64,000 nt of DNA from Candidatus Poribacteria bacterium (GTDB lineage Bacteria > Poribacteria > WGA-4E > PCPOR2b), in assembly GCA_965215015.1 (NCBI GenBank), contig OZ244042.1, forward strand, positions 992,001-1,056,000. Reading direction: 5' to 3'. A program made the position numbers and the translations under genes. Numbering within the stretch: the stretch's first letter is position 1; each line of letters begins with the position of its first letter. Positions 40,320 to 50,921 of this stretch are shown here, one piece after another. The notes under the pieces are model-generated. The model ran no database searches and was not told where the DNA came from. It saw only the letters and a list, made by a program, of their open reading frames with translations.

Positions 40320-41924
40320 ATGACACTAGGCGGTCAGCTTCAGTATTTTCGCTCCGGGATTGATGGCAAGCTACACCCCTGTGCAGTATGTTCAACCGAT
40401 ACAAGTGACGCACCGAAGCCCTTAATTGTGGAGGTAAGCCCCGGCGCATTGGGAAATCTATCTAGCGCGGTCGAGTTGACTGAACAAATTGCAGGAATTG
40501 CTGCGAAACACAATCAATCATGTATTGTCCTTAGACCAACAGGACGGGGATCCGGTTCAGTTTATCAAAACTACGGCGAAATCGATGTCCTAGAAGCTAT
40601 CGAACATGTTGCTTCAAACTACGTCATTGACCGGGATCGCATTACAATCACCGGCAGTTCAATGGGTGGGGCGGCAACATGGTATCTAATCTCTCACTAT
40701 CCGGATCTTTTCGCAGGTGCTGCACCATTTTGTGGTTATTGTGATTATCAACTGTGGGAAAAACCGGGAGGGCTCACGTTCCACATGCACGAATGGGAAA
40801 CGCCCTCTTGGTGCGCTAGGTCCGCTGTATTTCTCATTGAAAACCTCGCCCATACACCCGTTTGGATAATCCACGGCGAATGGGATCGGGGGGTTGGCGG
40901 CGGTGTGCCGGTTGAACATTCCCGTCGAATCGCACAGCTTATGGAAGAACGGGGTTATACACACAAGTATACAGAGGTCCTTAAAACGGGCCATGGATGC
41001 CGCCTCCCCGATATATGGGAAGAAGTCATCCTTTGGCTGCTGAAGCAGCGGAAGCAGCGATCTCCTGATCATGTTTCGTTGGCAACTTACAATCTGCGTC
41101 ATAATCGATCCTACTGGATCACGGTAGACCAACTAGCACATTACGGCGAGCGAGGAGTGGTCAATGCGCGGTTTGTCAAGAGCAACTGCCTTGCCATCTA
41201 TACTGAGAATATCCGCACCTTCTCCCTTGGACCAATTCAGAAGAACGAACAGGTCAATATAACAATTGATGGTCAAAAATTTGAACTGATAAACTTAAGT
41301 CACCAGAAACAATTTCAACGAGATCATAAAGGCGTTTGGGCGCATGACAATTTTGAGCTCTCCGCTAAGAAGCGTCATCGGGCATCGGGGCCCATCAGTG
41401 ACCTCTTTTTCGATGGACTGATCCTTGTGCCCGGCACAGTTGGGACAGAGGAAGAGACATTTTTTAACAAATGGATTGCCGAGAACGCGGTTGGATACTA
41501 TCGCAGCCGAAATGGAGGGGTGCATCGTGGCGGCATCATGGGGGATAACGCTGTCCAACTCCCTGTTATCCCTGACGTTGAGCTCACTGAGGATCTTCTG
41601 CAAACGAACAACTTGATCCTATATGGTGTCTATGATTCTAACGCCATCCTATCGCAATTTGAAGGTCAGCTGCCGCTTACCTTTGAGGGCAAGACAATCC
41701 ATCTGTCGGATAAATCTTACGCGGCGGACAGAGCGGCAGTTTTCGCCGTATTTCCTCATCCCTCAAACTCAGACCGCTATGTCGCGGTGCACGCTGGGGT
41801 CACACCGGATGCAATATGCTGGGGAAGCCATCTCGATATGCAACTCCTGCCCGATTACATTGTCTATTCCGGAGGCCAACTCCTTGACTGGGGGTTCTGG
41901 GGGAATGACTGGAAATCTCAGTGA
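40320..41924 (+). CDS. alpha/beta-hydrolase (prolyl oligopeptidase/esterase-like)
   Basis: GEIDVLEAI..IDRDRI..GSSMGG nucleophile elbow, IHGEWD, GHG. Confidence 0.85.
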   Translation: MTLGGQLQYFRSGIDGKLHPCAVCSTDTSDAPKPLIVEVSPGALGNLSSAVELTEQIAGIAAKHNQSCIVLRPTGRGSGSVYQNYGEIDVLEAIEHVASNYVIDRDRITITGSSMGGAATWYLISHYPDLFAGAAPFCGYCDYQLWEKPGGLTFHMHEWETPSWCARSAVFLIENLAHTPVWIIHGEWDRGVGGGVPVEHSRRIAQLMEERGYTHKYTEVLKTGHGCRLPDIWEEVILWLLKQRKQRSPDHVSLATYNLRHNRSYWITVDQLAHYGERGVVNARFVKSNCLAIYTENIRTFSLGPIQKNEQVNITIDGQKFELINLSHQKQFQRDHKGVWAHDNFELSAKKRHRASGPISDLFFDGLILVPGTVGTEEETFFNKWIAENAVGYYRSRNGGVHRGGIMGDNAVQLPVIPDVELTEDLLQTNNLILYGVYDSNAILSQFEGQLPLTFEGKTIHLSDKSYAADRAAVFAVFPHPSNSDRYVAVHAGVTPDAICWGSHLDMQLLPDYIVYSGGQLLDWGFWGNDWKSQ

Positions 41925-42039
41925 TAGCCAATCCTTGAAGCAGCACCATCATTTTGTCAGAGCAGTCTGCAATAGAGGAGGGTGTGCATAATTCGAGACA
42001 CATTATAGCTGAATTCAAGCGAGGACACCTTGATCAATC

Positions 42040-42088
42040 GTAGGGGCTTGGTTTCCAAGCCCGACGGGTTGGGAAACCCAATCCCTAC
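42040..42088. repeat. GTAG REP-like double hairpin
   Basis: GTAGGGGCTTGGTTTCCAAGCCC-GAC-GGGTTGGGAAACCCAATCCCTAC. Confidence 0.7.
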
Positions 42089-42507
42089 TCATTGAGAGAT
42101 TTTGAGAAGTATACGCATCCAAACCTATTTATGAGCACCCCTGACATATAGATGTCCACACCACGAGAAAATAATGATTAGTCAAAAAGAGGTCATCCAA
42201 AAGCTTGCACTCTAAATCGCAGGTATGAGGCTTGACGAGATCACAGCAAAGTATAATCGCACCAAAGGGACCATATCCGTCTTGCTGAACCGCGGGGAAA
42301 ATCAAGGCTAAAGTAGGTAGAACGGATAGCCCTACGTACAACCGATGAGATTATCGCAGGACAGCAGCAAAAGGCGATGATAGTAACGAGGGAAGACAAT
42401 AACTGAAACTCGAACCGTTGGACATCTCAGGTTGAGCTGGGATTGTTAGGCACAATCTTACAATCTGGCACCGTAGCATATTTATGTTACGGCGCATTAT
42501 CTCTCTG

Positions 42508-42592
42508 AAAACAGAAAAAGGGCTGCATGTCGGTAATCCCCAAATCACGCAGCCCTTCTGTTTCCGATCGAAACTAGATGAACAGGAAGGTG
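42508..42592. repeat. structured ~85-nt repeat, copy 1
   Basis: AAAACAGAAAAAGGGCTGC..GGTAATC..CAAATC..GCAGCCC..TGTTTCCGATCGAAACT..AAGGTG; shared with 43888-43972. Confidence 0.8.
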
Positions 42593-42612
42593 CTCTATTC
42601 TCCCTCTGTTTT

Positions 42613-43371
42613 TCAATTCAATCCCAAAAACGAATAGGGATCAAGCCCTCCATCTTCGTAATGAACAACCTTTAGCCAACTCGGTTGAGTCCCTTCCTCC
42701 ACTGCCTGTTCGTAGTCCTTAAGAAGATAATAGCAAGTATAACTTGCCAGATATTCCTCAACACTTCCATCTTCATTTTCAGACTCTGCCCACTCAACAT
42801 AGACAGTATCGTTGTAAAGTGGGTAGACCCGCCCATTATCTGTATCCAGAATTCCGCTACCTACCTGCGTCCCCTGATTCCACAGCTTTATAAGGACCCG
42901 GTGGATTAACTCATGCTCTATAGTAGCGTGCCCCGTCTCATAATACTTCTCCAAATCCTTCCAGATGTTTGGGTTAGGATAGCCCGATGGTATCTCAGGA
43001 TAGGGACCCAGACCATGTATAGATTCACGGGGAGGGAGCTCCGCCGCTACCCCCTCTGTCAAAAGTTGTGTCTCCTCGGGCGACAATCCCGCTAAGAAAT
43101 CATCAACCGATTCGACCACCGGTGCTACTGTTGTATCTGATTCGATGGGTGTCGGTTCGGATTCAACTTGGAGTCCCTCTAAATTGCGCTCAGTTCCCCG
43201 CCCCGCTTCGGGTAGACTTGGCGTGAAGGTTGAGTTCTCTGGAATGTCGAAAGGTCCAATATCGCCGTAGTACCAATGACTCCCAACGTAGAAACCAACG
43301 ACGATAAGGACAGCCCACACAAATGCCCCAATAAGAATCGGTTGTCGTACCAAATCAAATAGATTTCTCAT
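42613..43371 (-). CDS. hypothetical protein with N-terminal TM anchor, acidic
   Basis: 252 aa; hydrophobic N-terminus; ends GGLDPYSFLGLN. Confidence 0.75.
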   Translation of the reverse strand: MRNLFDLVRQPILIGAFVWAVLIVVGFYVGSHWYYGDIGPFDIPENSTFTPSLPEAGRGTERNLEGLQVESEPTPIESDTTVAPVVESVDDFLAGLSPEETQLLTEGVAAELPPRESIHGLGPYPEIPSGYPNPNIWKDLEKYYETGHATIEHELIHRVLIKLWNQGTQVGSGILDTDNGRVYPLYNDTVYVEWAESENEDGSVEEYLASYTCYYLLKDYEQAVEEGTQPSWLKVVHYEDGGLDPYSFLGLN

Positions 43372-43519
43372 GACAGAACTTCCTTACAAAATTGAAAAAG
43401 CATCATTCTCCGCCCTTGTGGGGGCGGGACAACGAAGAAGATTACGGATGCCTCGACACCTCTACAGTTGAGAAGCTTGCCCTTGTATAGAAGAAGGTTA
43501 GGGCAAGTCTATAAGGACA

Positions 43520-43876
43520 CTATGATAGCCTTGGCTCGATAGAACAGTACGCTCTCTGCCCCGTCCTTCTGGCTTTGACACTCATATACACGTAACCTGA
43601 GATTGGATTACTCTTTTGCTGGCTATACTTTGGATTATTACCATAAGTTAGTACTCGTGCATGTATCCAATACCAACCAACCCAACTTTGAGCACTTGCA
43701 TCAGCAAATGCTCTTACTTTACCACCTAATTTTGTAATACCTCCACTACCCTGAATCGGACCGTCATTCTGTGTATCTCTGTCCTTAGCAATTGACAGCA
43801 CAACAGATAACATCGTTACAAGACATAGGAGGATTATCAAAATTCTCAGTCGCATCTTTGTTTTTTCGCATACCAT
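43520..43876 (-). CDS. small secreted hypothetical protein
   Basis: Signal peptide MRLRILIILLCLVTMLSVVLSIA; basic mature part; 3' end possibly damaged. Confidence 0.6.
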   Translation of the reverse strand: MVCEKTKMRLRILIILLCLVTMLSVVLSIAKDRDTQNDGPIQGSGGITKLGGKVRAFADASAQSWVGWYWIHARVLTYGNNPKYSQQKSNPISGYVYMSVKARRTGQRAYCSIEPRLS

Positions 43877-43887
43877 GGTTTCGTTTT

Positions 43888-43972
43888 AAAAACAGAAAAA
43901 AGGCTGATTGGGGGTAATCTCAAATCGTGCAGCCCCTTTTGTTTCCGATCGAAACTTATGGCAAAAAAGGTG
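43888..43972. repeat. structured ~85-nt repeat, copy 2
   Basis: Homologous to 42508-42592; on the minus strand it sits 12 nt before the ATG at 43876. Confidence 0.8.
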
Positions 43973-44149
43973 TACGCACTTATAAATCAAGCGATTCGAG
44001 CCACGATTTCATATCGTTTCGGGGAGCTCCGAGAAGAGCACTTAGGGCTCCCATCTTTTTAATTAATCCCGATCTATCGTGACCAATCCTGGACTACATT
44101 TAAACCTTTTTAAAACACTTGTCAACACTTTTTTGCAATTCACTTGTAA

Positions 44150-44748
44150 TTTCCCTGGATTTCTTTTCTTTGAACCGAGCAATCGTACCCCGTTCTGTCA
44201 ACTCCATTTTGGTATAATGCGCCGGCATCTGAGACAACCTCCACCTGCCCGCTGTCTACATAGCCACAACCGACGCACCGGTTTTGGCAAGAGAAACCGC
44301 CGTGCCGCCACCTAGTGAATGACCCGATATAAATTCCTCCACCCCTGCGATGTTTGCCCACAGTTGGATAGCGTTCCGTGCCCCGCATGCCGTGAACCGT
44401 GTGGTCTGAATGTGATCCCCCCGACGGATGCGACGAAACAAAGGAGAACAATACCCAACCTGTGATTCTTCCCCTGTCCACGCTTGCAGGGGAGGGGGGT
44501 ATCCATTTGACAGCTGCAACCGCTTGACTAATCGTTGCTGGCGACTTCCCCGCTGGGCGAAGATCCATGATGAGGGTTGCAAGCAAGGCATCGGTGAAAG
44601 ATTGACCATTAAGCTATGTTTCAATCTCTCGTAACCAGTAGCGATAATTTCGTAGTGTGTTTTCACTGACACCATTTGTGATTAGAGCTTTGGTATCATC
44701 GCTAATTGACAACCCTTGTGGTTTATCCTGAACCGCTAACTCGTTCAC
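44150..44748 (-). pseudogene. Cre-like tyrosine recombinase/integrase pseudogene
   Basis: SENTLRNY..ET*LNG..GKSPATISQAVAAVKW, then a frameshift/deletion, then ISGHSL.GGTAVSLAKTGASVVAM*TAGRW..SQMPAHY. Confidence 0.8.
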
Positions 44749-44881
44749 CGTTCCTTTCCCTTCCTGTCTGTTAGGGAAGCCCTACAGAGATATAGTTTCC
44801 GTTAAAGAAGATTAAGATTAATCGCAAGCGTACAGAAGATTGTCGCTACACACCTATACTAACCAAGTGAGTCATTTTTTC

Positions 44882-44910
44882 TTGACACTTAGGATACTGG
44901 CTAGTATACT
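44882..44910 (+). promoter_or_regulatory. sigma70 promoter
   Basis: TTGACA-17nt-TATACT. Confidence 0.75.
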
Positions 44911-44959
44911 ACCAATCAGGTTTACTATACCTAAATTATCTAAGGCAGGCGATTCAACT

Positions 44960-45664
44960 GTGAAAAAGTTATCCTTTTGCATACTGATTATACTAATTGC
45001 AGCAAGCTACAGCTCCGCCCGTATTATAGATCCGAAGACAGGGGCGGAGTTTAAATATAAAGCGAAACTAGCTGAGGTTGCCCCAGTGGTTGATGGCTTT
45101 CTTGACGACCCCGCGTGGGACGATGCTATTTCTGCCGCCCTAGACCATGATGTCAAACAGGACAGGCGTTGGGAAGAATCCAGCGATTTCAAAGGTACTT
45201 TTGCTGCTGTCTGGCGCAATGCCTCCCTCTATGTAGCCGTTGAATTGACCGATGATCAAATCGAAACCGCTCACGAAAAACTCGCTCGGCAAGACCGCCT
45301 GGAAATTTACCTAGATATAGAACATTCAGGTAACCAGAGCGATCTCTATCGTTACACAATCCCTGTTGGGAAAGACATCACGTTGGCTGATTCTCAGCGA
45401 CTGCAAGCTAACTGGGGAAATGCAGGGCAATCTGTAGAATTGAGCTTTGCCTTGGGACATATACCGAGAAAAGAGGATACTGTCAGTTTCGGAATTTACT
45501 ATTATGATGTGGATGGCGATCGTCTAAACCATCAATTTCGATGGGGACCAATTGGACAAACTGAACCGGCAGATGCCCTTGCAGATCTGGTATTTACAGC
45601 GAATATAAAGCTAAACGCAAACCAAAAAGCAATACAGTGGGGACGTATTAAACAGCTCTATTAA
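44960..45664 (+). CDS. secreted CBM9-like sugar-binding domain protein with C-terminal WGRIK motif
   Basis: Signal peptide; PVVDGFLDDPAW, LYVAVELTDD, DRLEIYLD; GTG start at 44960. Confidence 0.78.
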   Translation: MKKLSFCILIILIAASYSSARIIDPKTGAEFKYKAKLAEVAPVVDGFLDDPAWDDAISAALDHDVKQDRRWEESSDFKGTFAAVWRNASLYVAVELTDDQIETAHEKLARQDRLEIYLDIEHSGNQSDLYRYTIPVGKDITLADSQRLQANWGNAGQSVELSFALGHIPRKEDTVSFGIYYYDVDGDRLNHQFRWGPIGQTEPADALADLVFTANIKLNANQKAIQWGRIKQLY

Positions 45665-45736
45665 TCATCGTGCAACGGCACTATGAGGTTAGGCAATTGA
45701 TACCGATGCGTCAAACTCAAGTGTACGGAGTTCACA

Positions 45737-45916
45737 GTGTTTATCATCGGTAAAGCATTAGAATTGATAGGAATGGCGCTTCTAGGAGCGGGGTTATATG
45801 TTGGATGCATCAACCCCTACGGCTTGAGTGAAGGTGCCGCTATGGGCGCAGAGGTAGCCTCCCTTATGGTAGGAATCTTAATCTTCTTCATAGGCAGAAC
45901 GATAGAGAAACGCTAA
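45737..45916 (+). CDS. small two-TM membrane protein (59 aa, absent from the ORF track)
   Basis: MFIIGKALELIGMALLGAGLYVG...LMVGILIFFIGRTIEKR*; GGAG RBS. Confidence 0.65.
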   Translation: MFIIGKALELIGMALLGAGLYVGCINPYGLSEGAAMGAEVASLMVGILIFFIGRTIEKR

Positions 45917-46363
45917 CCGTGCTCGCACAGCATGACCGTTTAGGTTAAAGACCTATTTCGGCACGCCCACATACTCGAGCATCGAGCGCACCTCCTCGAT
46001 GCTTTTTTAATTTTTCGGAGTAACTTCCCAAGTAGCGAATCTCGAAATAAATCCATATGATGGCAAATAAACCTCGACAAGCCATCGCAAGATGTAACTA
46101 TTTGGGCATGAAAACCTATATGAATCCTAAAGCAGCTGAGCAGGTTCTCGGCTGTCATGTCGATACCTGTCAATGACAGCAAGATTGGATACATCGAAAC
46201 ACCGGGAGATTGACGGCATTATGACCTGCAAGGATACATTGATAGTCAAACCGAGTCAGATATTACTACCCTTTGCTACTGTCGAGTTAGTGGAACAGGA
46301 CAAACCGACGCTTTGCATGGATTTATGAGCGGGTGTTCAGGTTGAAAGGTACAGGAATATAGA

Positions 46364-46885
46364 ATGGCATTTAATGTCAAAAAACGTGGAAAATTGACCT
46401 ATTATTATCAAGGTAATCATCCGGTGCTATCCCCTTTAGTCACTGAAACGTTGCCAGACGGGGATTTGAAAATCTATTTTTCGGGTCTAACAGGAGGCTA
46501 TTCGGCAAAAGGAGTCCTGAACCTCGATGAACTGGTTTCGATGGATCCGGAGCGGGAGATTCCACTAGTATTCAAAAGCTGGGAATCTTGGTTAAAAGAG
46601 GCAGGTATTTGTGATTCTCTGAAGGATGTAGATTTTATTGAAGTTCACGCCTTCGGTTGTCAACCCAAAGCCCCAAATCCGCTCGTTGATCCGGCGGGTT
46701 ACGCAGCAGAGCAGGAGCGACTACGCCAAGCTTATGCTCAAGCGTATAGTAACTTTTTCCGCGACTACTTACCGGAAAACGGTGTGCCTGCTCGGTTCAC
46801 AGTCCATGTCGTTGATGTTCCAGACACAGCAGCTTCCTATGAGTTTTACGGAACCGCACTCTACCAGAAAACATTACAAAAATAG
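46364..46885 (+). CDS. hypothetical protein
   Basis: 173 aa ORF with AGGA RBS, co-directional with neighbours. Confidence 0.7.
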   Translation: MAFNVKKRGKLTYYYQGNHPVLSPLVTETLPDGDLKIYFSGLTGGYSAKGVLNLDELVSMDPEREIPLVFKSWESWLKEAGICDSLKDVDFIEVHAFGCQPKAPNPLVDPAGYAAEQERLRQAYAQAYSNFFRDYLPENGVPARFTVHVVDVPDTAASYEFYGTALYQKTLQK

Positions 46886-46932
46886 ATTTGTGAGGTTTAA
46901 GAGGCGACACGCTTTCCCTGTGAGACTGTAAA

Positions 46933-49386
46933 ATGATCGGTCTGAAACCTCTCCTGTCTTTCGTCTGCATTGCATTAATCGTATTAATTGGCTGCGGCGA
47001 AAGACGCGAAAAACATGAGAAATTTGATGAATGGCACAAGCTCCCCCAAGCTAATTTCGCGATTCCGCCTTACGCCCGTTACCTCGAAGGAATCAAAATC
47101 TGCCTAGACCCAGGGCATGGCGGTCAAGCTCATCTGCCGAATTACAAACGCGGACCAACCGGGCTCCGCGAGGCAGAGGTCAACCTGCGTGTGGCACTGT
47201 ATCTGCGCGAATTTCTGACGGAAGTCGGGGCGATTGTCTTCATGACGCGCACCGACGATTCCTTCGTCAGTATCCCGGATCGCAGTAAGCTTGCCAACAA
47301 GAACGCTGTCGATTTTTTTATCTCCCTCCACCACAATTCTTTTAGCAATCCCGAAACCAATTATGCCTCCACATGGTATCATCAAGATGCAGATGATTCC
47401 CGCACAAGCTTAGATCTCGCCCGTTATGTGCAACAGAGCGTCGCTGATACGCTGCATCTATCGCAATTTCCGCCAACAGGACTCTACTCGGATCGGTTGG
47501 TAATCCCTTCGGGATTCGGTGTACTACGTCAGATAAAGGTACCCGCTATTTTGTGTGAAGCATCGTTTTATTCCAACCCCGAAGAAGAGAAACGCCTGAG
47601 AGAGAAGTCATACAACAAGCGCGAGGCTTACGGCTATTTTCTTGGGGTTGCCCGTTACGTTGCAGCGGGGTTTCCGAAGGGTATCCTGCTGACGCCGGCA
47701 CCGGAATCGTCCATCGAAACTAAAACGCCGCGCATCGAGATTCGTGTAGCAGATGGCTTGCATGAGCGTGGTGCATGGATGCTCAAGCGGCAACAGATCT
47801 TCTCCGATTCCATTCGCGTCAAATTCGATGGCATTGTCGTTCCCCACCAGTATCTCCGCGTTGAAGATCTTATTGTGATTACCCCACCGAGGCCACTCTC
47901 TAACGGCGTACATTTTGTCGAAACCAATCTTGTCAACTACTACGGGAATCATAGCTTGCCGGGCGGGCAGTGGTTCAAAGTTGCCCCACCCGCCGCAAAG
48001 CTGAAACTCCGTGCATGGACCAAGGTCCTTCCCCCCGATGGGGCGAGCTATGTCGGAATCACTGTTACCGCTCTGGACAAAGATGGTCTGCCAATCGCAG
48101 ATGACGAGCTCATTCATGCTCAAACATCGCTTGGGTGGCTTGCTGAGACAAAGAAATCCGTAAAGAATGGGGAAGCGCGGTTTTACCTACACACAGACGC
48201 GACGCAGTTAGCGGAAGGTCTCGCACAGGTGAAAGTGGCTTACAAAGACAAATCAGAAGTCATCACTATCCGTTTTGAGGAAATTCGTAGCGGTATTGTT
48301 CAAGGCTGCGTCCACGATGTCTCTGGGAACATCGTCTCAGATGCAACCGTGCGACTGGTGAGAGCAAAGAACAGAAGCATGATGACCAATCCGGAGGGAC
48401 ACTTCTTTTTTAATAACGTTTCGCCGGGGAACGCAACCCTCAACATTTCAAAGACTGGCTACTACAACCGCCAACTGAAGGCCGAGACGAGGTCAAACAG
48501 CGCACAGGTCCTTCATCCCCAACTACATCCGATTGCAGACGGTGCACTTATTGGGAAAGTCTTTGTCCTCGACGCACGCTATGGCGGTTCAGAACGAGGG
48601 ATGCCCGCCCTCAATTCTGTTGCCCCCGCAGATCTTAACCTCGCCGTGGTCAAATCCCTCAAAGAGATGCTGGAACTTGCCGGAGCAAACGTTTACCTTG
48701 TTCGAGAGAAAGATGAGAAGATCTCTGCCTTAAAACGGGTCCAAACAATCAACGCCGTTAAACACGAAGGATACTACCTCCGGATTGATCACGGTGTTTG
48801 GGTCGAAGGCGAGCCATCGGTGATTGCCACAGGCTATCCGGGAAATCAAGTCGCGGAAAACTACTTAAAGGCGATACTTGAGGGTTTTAATATGTCACTT
48901 TTACAGACACCAATTGAGACATTTAGGGATGAAGAATCGCCGGAAATTCGGTCAACTAACAAAATCGCTCTTGCGCTCGAGGTCCGCTCTATCAATCACC
49001 CACATCTTCATGATCCCGTGGATGCTCCCGCACTAATGGCACAGGAGGCTTACGCAATCTTTTTGGGAACATGGAAATTTCTGAAAAACGCTCAATTGGT
49101 TGAGGAGGGACTCAACCCTCGCACAATAGGTGAAGTCTTACCTCAAAAAGAACTCGAAATTCGGGTCGTTGATGGGGGTTCACGACAGCCAGTTACTGGC
49201 GTGAGAGTCGCGTTAGATGACACCTTTCCGTTAGTAACAAATCAGGCTGGAAAAGCCATTTTCCGAGGTGTTCATGCACGCCGGTATCGCATTACAGTTG
49301 ATGCGGCGGGGTACGCTCATCAGGAAATCGAATCGAATCTGCTGAATTCAAGCTCGGTAATGGTAAAAATGAAAAAGAATCGGTGA
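46933..49386 (+). CDS. N-acetylmuramoyl-L-alanine amidase lipoprotein, multidomain
   Basis: Lipobox LIGC; LDPGHGG, EAEVNL, ISLHHN, ILCEASF; Ig/carboxypeptidase-regulatory-like domains; second degenerate amidase domain. Confidence 0.88.
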   Translation: MIGLKPLLSFVCIALIVLIGCGERREKHEKFDEWHKLPQANFAIPPYARYLEGIKICLDPGHGGQAHLPNYKRGPTGLREAEVNLRVALYLREFLTEVGAIVFMTRTDDSFVSIPDRSKLANKNAVDFFISLHHNSFSNPETNYASTWYHQDADDSRTSLDLARYVQQSVADTLHLSQFPPTGLYSDRLVIPSGFGVLRQIKVPAILCEASFYSNPEEEKRLREKSYNKREAYGYFLGVARYVAAGFPKGILLTPAPESSIETKTPRIEIRVADGLHERGAWMLKRQQIFSDSIRVKFDGIVVPHQYLRVEDLIVITPPRPLSNGVHFVETNLVNYYGNHSLPGGQWFKVAPPAAKLKLRAWTKVLPPDGASYVGITVTALDKDGLPIADDELIHAQTSLGWLAETKKSVKNGEARFYLHTDATQLAEGLAQVKVAYKDKSEVITIRFEEIRSGIVQGCVHDVSGNIVSDATVRLVRAKNRSMMTNPEGHFFFNNVSPGNATLNISKTGYYNRQLKAETRSNSAQVLHPQLHPIADGALIGKVFVLDARYGGSERGMPALNSVAPADLNLAVVKSLKEMLELAGANVYLVREKDEKISALKRVQTINAVKHEGYYLRIDHGVWVEGEPSVIATGYPGNQVAENYLKAILEGFNMSLLQTPIETFRDEESPEIRSTNKIALALEVRSINHPHLHDPVDAPALMAQEAYAIFLGTWKFLKNAQLVEEGLNPRTIGEVLPQKELEIRVVDGGSRQPVTGVRVALDDTFPLVTNQAGKAIFRGVHARRYRITVDAAGYAHQEIESNLLNSSSVMVKMKKNR

Positions 49387-49463
49387 AATAACAAATGAGG
49401 CAAAACGGAATGGCAGGCTGCGACGTTCTTTTCTTATTAAAAGCTATGTGAGGGGATGATAAG

Positions 49464-50921
49464 ATGATACGCGCTATGAAAAATGTGTTAGTTATTGATG
49501 ATGACGAAAAAATCTGCTGGGCTTTCGAGCAATTTTTGACAGACGAAGGGTACCGACCAACTATCGCCAACAATGCAGAAGAAGGCTTGCGAAAGATTCA
49601 GTCGGAGGTTCCCGATATAGTTCTGCTTGATGTACGGTTGCCCGGCATGAACGGGCTCGAGGCTCTGAAGCAGATTAAAGTCCTTCAGCCGGAGGCCGTC
49701 GTGATTGTGATGACAGCGTATGACAACGTGGAGACGACCATCCAAGCGATGCAGCTGCATGCGTTTGATTTTATCCCCAAGCCAATCGATCTGGATCAGG
49801 TGAAAGCAATCATCGATCGCGCTACACAGATGCAAGCTGAGCGCAGTAAAATGCCGCCGACTGAATCTCCTTCGGTAGAGATTGAGCTACCGGCGGAGCC
49901 ACAGGAGCATCGCTTGGTCGGGAAGAGTCCACAGATGCAGGAAATCTATAAGCTAATCGGGATGATGGCAAACAACACCGTTACGGTCCTGATAGAGGGT
50001 GAAAGTGGGACAGGAAAAGAGCTAATCGCACGCTCGATCCATTCTAACAGCACACGACAGGATAAGCCCTTTGTTCCTGTCAACTGCGGCGCACTCCCCG
50101 ATGACCTGCTTGAAAGTGAGCTCTTCGGCTATGAGGCAGGCGCATTCACGGGGGCAAGTACTAAAGGCAAGCCCGGTAGATTTGAACTCGCAGATGGCGG
50201 GACACTGTTTCTTGATGAAGTCAGTAATATGAGCCCGGTGCTACAGGTAAAACTACAACGGGCTTTGCAAGAACAAGAAATCGAAAGGTTGGGCGGTACC
50301 CGTCCGCTGAAAGTGGATGTGCGTATCATCGCTGCAACAAATCAGGACCTCGCTGAAGCGGTCCGGCTGGGCAGGTTCCGAGAAGATCTCTACTACCGCT
50401 TCAATCTGCTTTCAATTAATCTCCCACCACTGCGCGAACGATCTGCGGATATCTCGCTGCTAGTCAACCATTTTCTACAGACCGTCAGCGTTGAACTGGG
50501 GCAAAAGGTTCGAGGGGTTTTGCCGCGATGTATAGAACTTCTGCAGCAATACGATTGGCCCGGAAATGTGCGAGAGCTAGAAAATGCCGTTAAAAGCGCA
50601 GCGGTTCTTTCACGGGCGGACGTTATCCTACCGGAACATCTTCCGCCTGAGATTCTAAATTATAAAGGGCGGCACCAATCAACCCAATCCCGCCTAGAAA
50701 TGGCACTCGAATCCGTATTGAAAGAAACCGTCAAAGACGCCGCAGCACAAGCGCAGGAAGGGCTCTACGACGAAGTCATTGATACCGTTGATCGTGCGTT
50801 AATCAAGTCCCTTCTTGAAGAATTCCAAGACAACCAGACGAAATCGGCAAAGCTCTTGGGAATCAGCCGTACAACGTTGTTGCAGAAGATTAAAAAATTG
50901 GGGATCGAAGTGAAAGCATGA
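49464..50921 (+). CDS. sigma54-dependent NtrC-family response regulator
   Basis: REC domain (IDDD, LLDVRLP), GESGTGKE, GAFTGA, WPGNVREL, Fis-type HTH. Confidence 0.95.
   Translation: MIRAMKNVLVIDDDEKICWAFEQFLTDEGYRPTIANNAEEGLRKIQSEVPDIVLLDVRLPGMNGLEALKQIKVLQPEAVVIVMTAYDNVETTIQAMQLHAFDFIPKPIDLDQVKAIIDRATQMQAERSKMPPTESPSVEIELPAEPQEHRLVGKSPQMQEIYKLIGMMANNTVTVLIEGESGTGKELIARSIHSNSTRQDKPFVPVNCGALPDDLLESELFGYEAGAFTGASTKGKPGRFELADGGTLFLDEVSNMSPVLQVKLQRALQEQEIERLGGTRPLKVDVRIIAATNQDLAEAVRLGRFREDLYYRFNLLSINLPPLRERSADISLLVNHFLQTVSVELGQKVRGVLPRCIELLQQYDWPGNVRELENAVKSAAVLSRADVILPEHLPPEILNYKGRHQSTQSRLEMALESVLKETVKDAAAQAQEGLYDEVIDTVDRALIKSLLEEFQDNQTKSAKLLGISRTTLLQKIKKLGIEVKA

Noticed and set aside
42129-42548. 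Small minus-strand ORFs downstream of repeat copy 1
   Set aside because: No RBS, motif or consistent frame; cannot be called as genes.
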